DNA of 26,360 nucleotides from a virus (Duplodnaviria; Heunggongvirae; Uroviricota; Caudoviricetes): IMG/VR virus record IMGVR_UViG_2534682078_000020; one strand, 5' to 3'. Shown piece by piece: positions 25,393 to 26,360 of this stretch (position 1 is its first letter; each line of letters starts with the position of its first letter). The notes under the pieces were generated by a model. It saw only the letters and a program-made list of their open reading frames with translations, ran no database searches and was not told where the DNA came from. The position numbers and the translations under genes were made by a program.

Positions 25393-25719
25393 ATGACTAA
25401 AAATACTCGTTTTTCCCCCGAAGTCCGTCAGCGGGCGATTCGTATGGTTCTGGAAAGTCAGGATGAATATGACTCACAGTGGGCGGCAATTTGTTCCATT
25501 GCCCCAAAGATTGGCTGTACGCCGGAGACTCTGCGTGTCTGGGTTCGCCAGCATGAGCGGGATACCGGGGGCGGTGATGGTGGGCTCACCAGCGCTGAAC
25601 GTCAGCGTCTGAAAGAGCTGGAACGTGAAAATCGTGAACTGCGCCGCAGTAACGATATCCTTCGCCAGGCTTCCGCTTATTTTGCGAAGGCGGAGTTCGA
25701 CCGCCTCTGGAAAAAATGA
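25393..25719 (+). CDS. IS629 OrfA (IS3-family transposase N-terminal HTH/leucine-zipper protein)
   Basis: 108-aa [57 protein letters not shown]..., matches recalled IS629/IS1203 OrfA. Confidence 0.85.
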   Translation: MTKNTRFSPEVRQRAIRMVLESQDEYDSQWAAICSIAPKIGCTPETLRVWVRQHERDTGGGDGGLTSAERQRLKELERENRELRRSNDILRQASAYFAKAEFDRLWKK

Positions 25720-26360
25720 TGCCACTGCTGGATAAGCTGCGTGAGCAGTACGGGGTCGGACCGGTATGCAGCGAACTGCATATTGCCCCGTCAACGTATT
25801 ACCATTGTCAGCAACAGCGACATCATCCGGATAAACGCAGTGCCCGTGCGCAGCACGACGACTGGCTGAAGAGAGAGATACAGCGCGTATACGATGAAAA
25901 TCATCAGGTGTACGGTGTGCGTAAAGTCTGGCGTCAGTTGTTACGGGAAGGAATCAGGGTGGCCAGATGTACAGTGGCACGTCTCATGGCGGTTATGGGA
26001 CTTGCCGGTGTTCTCCGGGGTAAAAAGGTCCGTACGACCATCAGCCGGAAAGCCGTTGCCGCAGGCGACCGCGTAAACCGTCAGTTCGTGGCAGAACGAC
26101 CTGACCAGCTGTGGGTGGCTGATTTTACTTACGTCAGCACATGGCAGGGCTTCGTCTATGTGGCGTTTATCATTGATGTGTTTGCCGGATACATCGTGGG
26201 GTGGCGGGTCTCATCGTCTATGGAAACGACATTCGTGCTGGATGCGCTGGAGCAGGCGTTGTGGGCCCGTCGTCCGTCTGGCACCATCCATCACAGCGAT
26301 AAAGGCTCTCAGTATGTGTCACTGGCCTATACGGAGCGACTAAAAGAAGCCGGATTACTG
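25716..26360 (+). CDS. IS629 OrfB (DDE transposase catalytic part), 3'-partial; made as OrfAB fusion by -1 frameshift
   Basis: Frame -1 relative to orfA, open from the A6 run at 25711-25716 to the window end; integrase-core motifs ([31 protein letters not shown]...HHSDKGSQY). Confidence 0.85.
   Translation, partial: MMPLLDKLREQYGVGPVCSELHIAPSTYYHCQQQRHHPDKRSARAQHDDWLKREIQRVYDENHQVYGVRKVWRQLLREGIRVARCTVARLMAVMGLAGVLRGKKVRTTISRKAVAAGDRVNRQFVAERPDQLWVADFTYVSTWQGFVYVAFIIDVFAGYIVGWRVSSSMETTFVLDALEQALWARRPSGTIHHSDKGSQYVSLAYTERLKEAGLL

Larger units (their letters stand above)
19584..26360. mobile_element. Integrase-associated genomic islet at asnT (P4-type int, CBASS-like module, tail-fibre remnant, IS629); right boundary beyond window
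   Basis: P4-family integrase immediately 3' of asnT; cargo is strongly AT-rich compared with flanking core DNA; IS insertion. Confidence 0.7.
25339..26360 (+). mobile_element. IS629 (IS3 family), left end and most of the element; right end beyond window
   Basis: Left terminus TGAACCGCCCCGGAAATCCTGGAGACTAAACTCCCTGAGAAAGAGGTAAACAGG followed by orfA; orfA/orfB arrangement with A6 slippery run at the overlap. Confidence 0.85.

Noticed and set aside
1-26360. CRISPR arrays
   Set aside because: No regularly spaced direct repeats with unique spacers seen; the only short-period repeats are the iterons and operator palindromes.

Overview
Enterobacterial (E. coli-like) chromosomal segment made of three blocks. 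(1) 1..~18390: right part of a mosaic lambdoid prophage integrated at tRNA-Ser(CGA) serU. The left operon (CI-like repressor, YdfA-like, an unknown 212-aa gene, DicF sRNA, dicB, ydfD, YdfE-like ORF, defective integrase) is on the + strand. The Cro-like/CII-like pair, O-like gene with internal iteron origin, DnaC-like loader, nin-type genes (hok, BOF, DUF968, rusA), Q-like gene with a tR'-type terminator, an AraC-family cargo regulator, a tRNA triplet Ile(CAU)-Arg(UCG)-Arg(UCU) and a TerB-like gene are on the - strand. A complete IS66-family element with an 8-bp target duplication sits exactly at the TerB-like start codon. (2) 18389..19583: core serU - mtfA - asnT. (3) 19584..end: an islet at asnT with a P4-type integrase, a very AT-rich two-gene module that reads as a minimal CBASS-like system (cGAS/DncV-like nucleotidyltransferase plus four-helix membrane effector), a tail-fibre-like gene cut by IS629, and the left part of IS629. 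Four genes (repressor, integrase, nucleotidyltransferase, effector) are each split at an A6/A7 run and each would be restored by one extra A, which looks like systematic homopolymer under-calling rather than four independent pseudogenes. All calls are from reading the sequence and recalled family knowledge; no database search was run.
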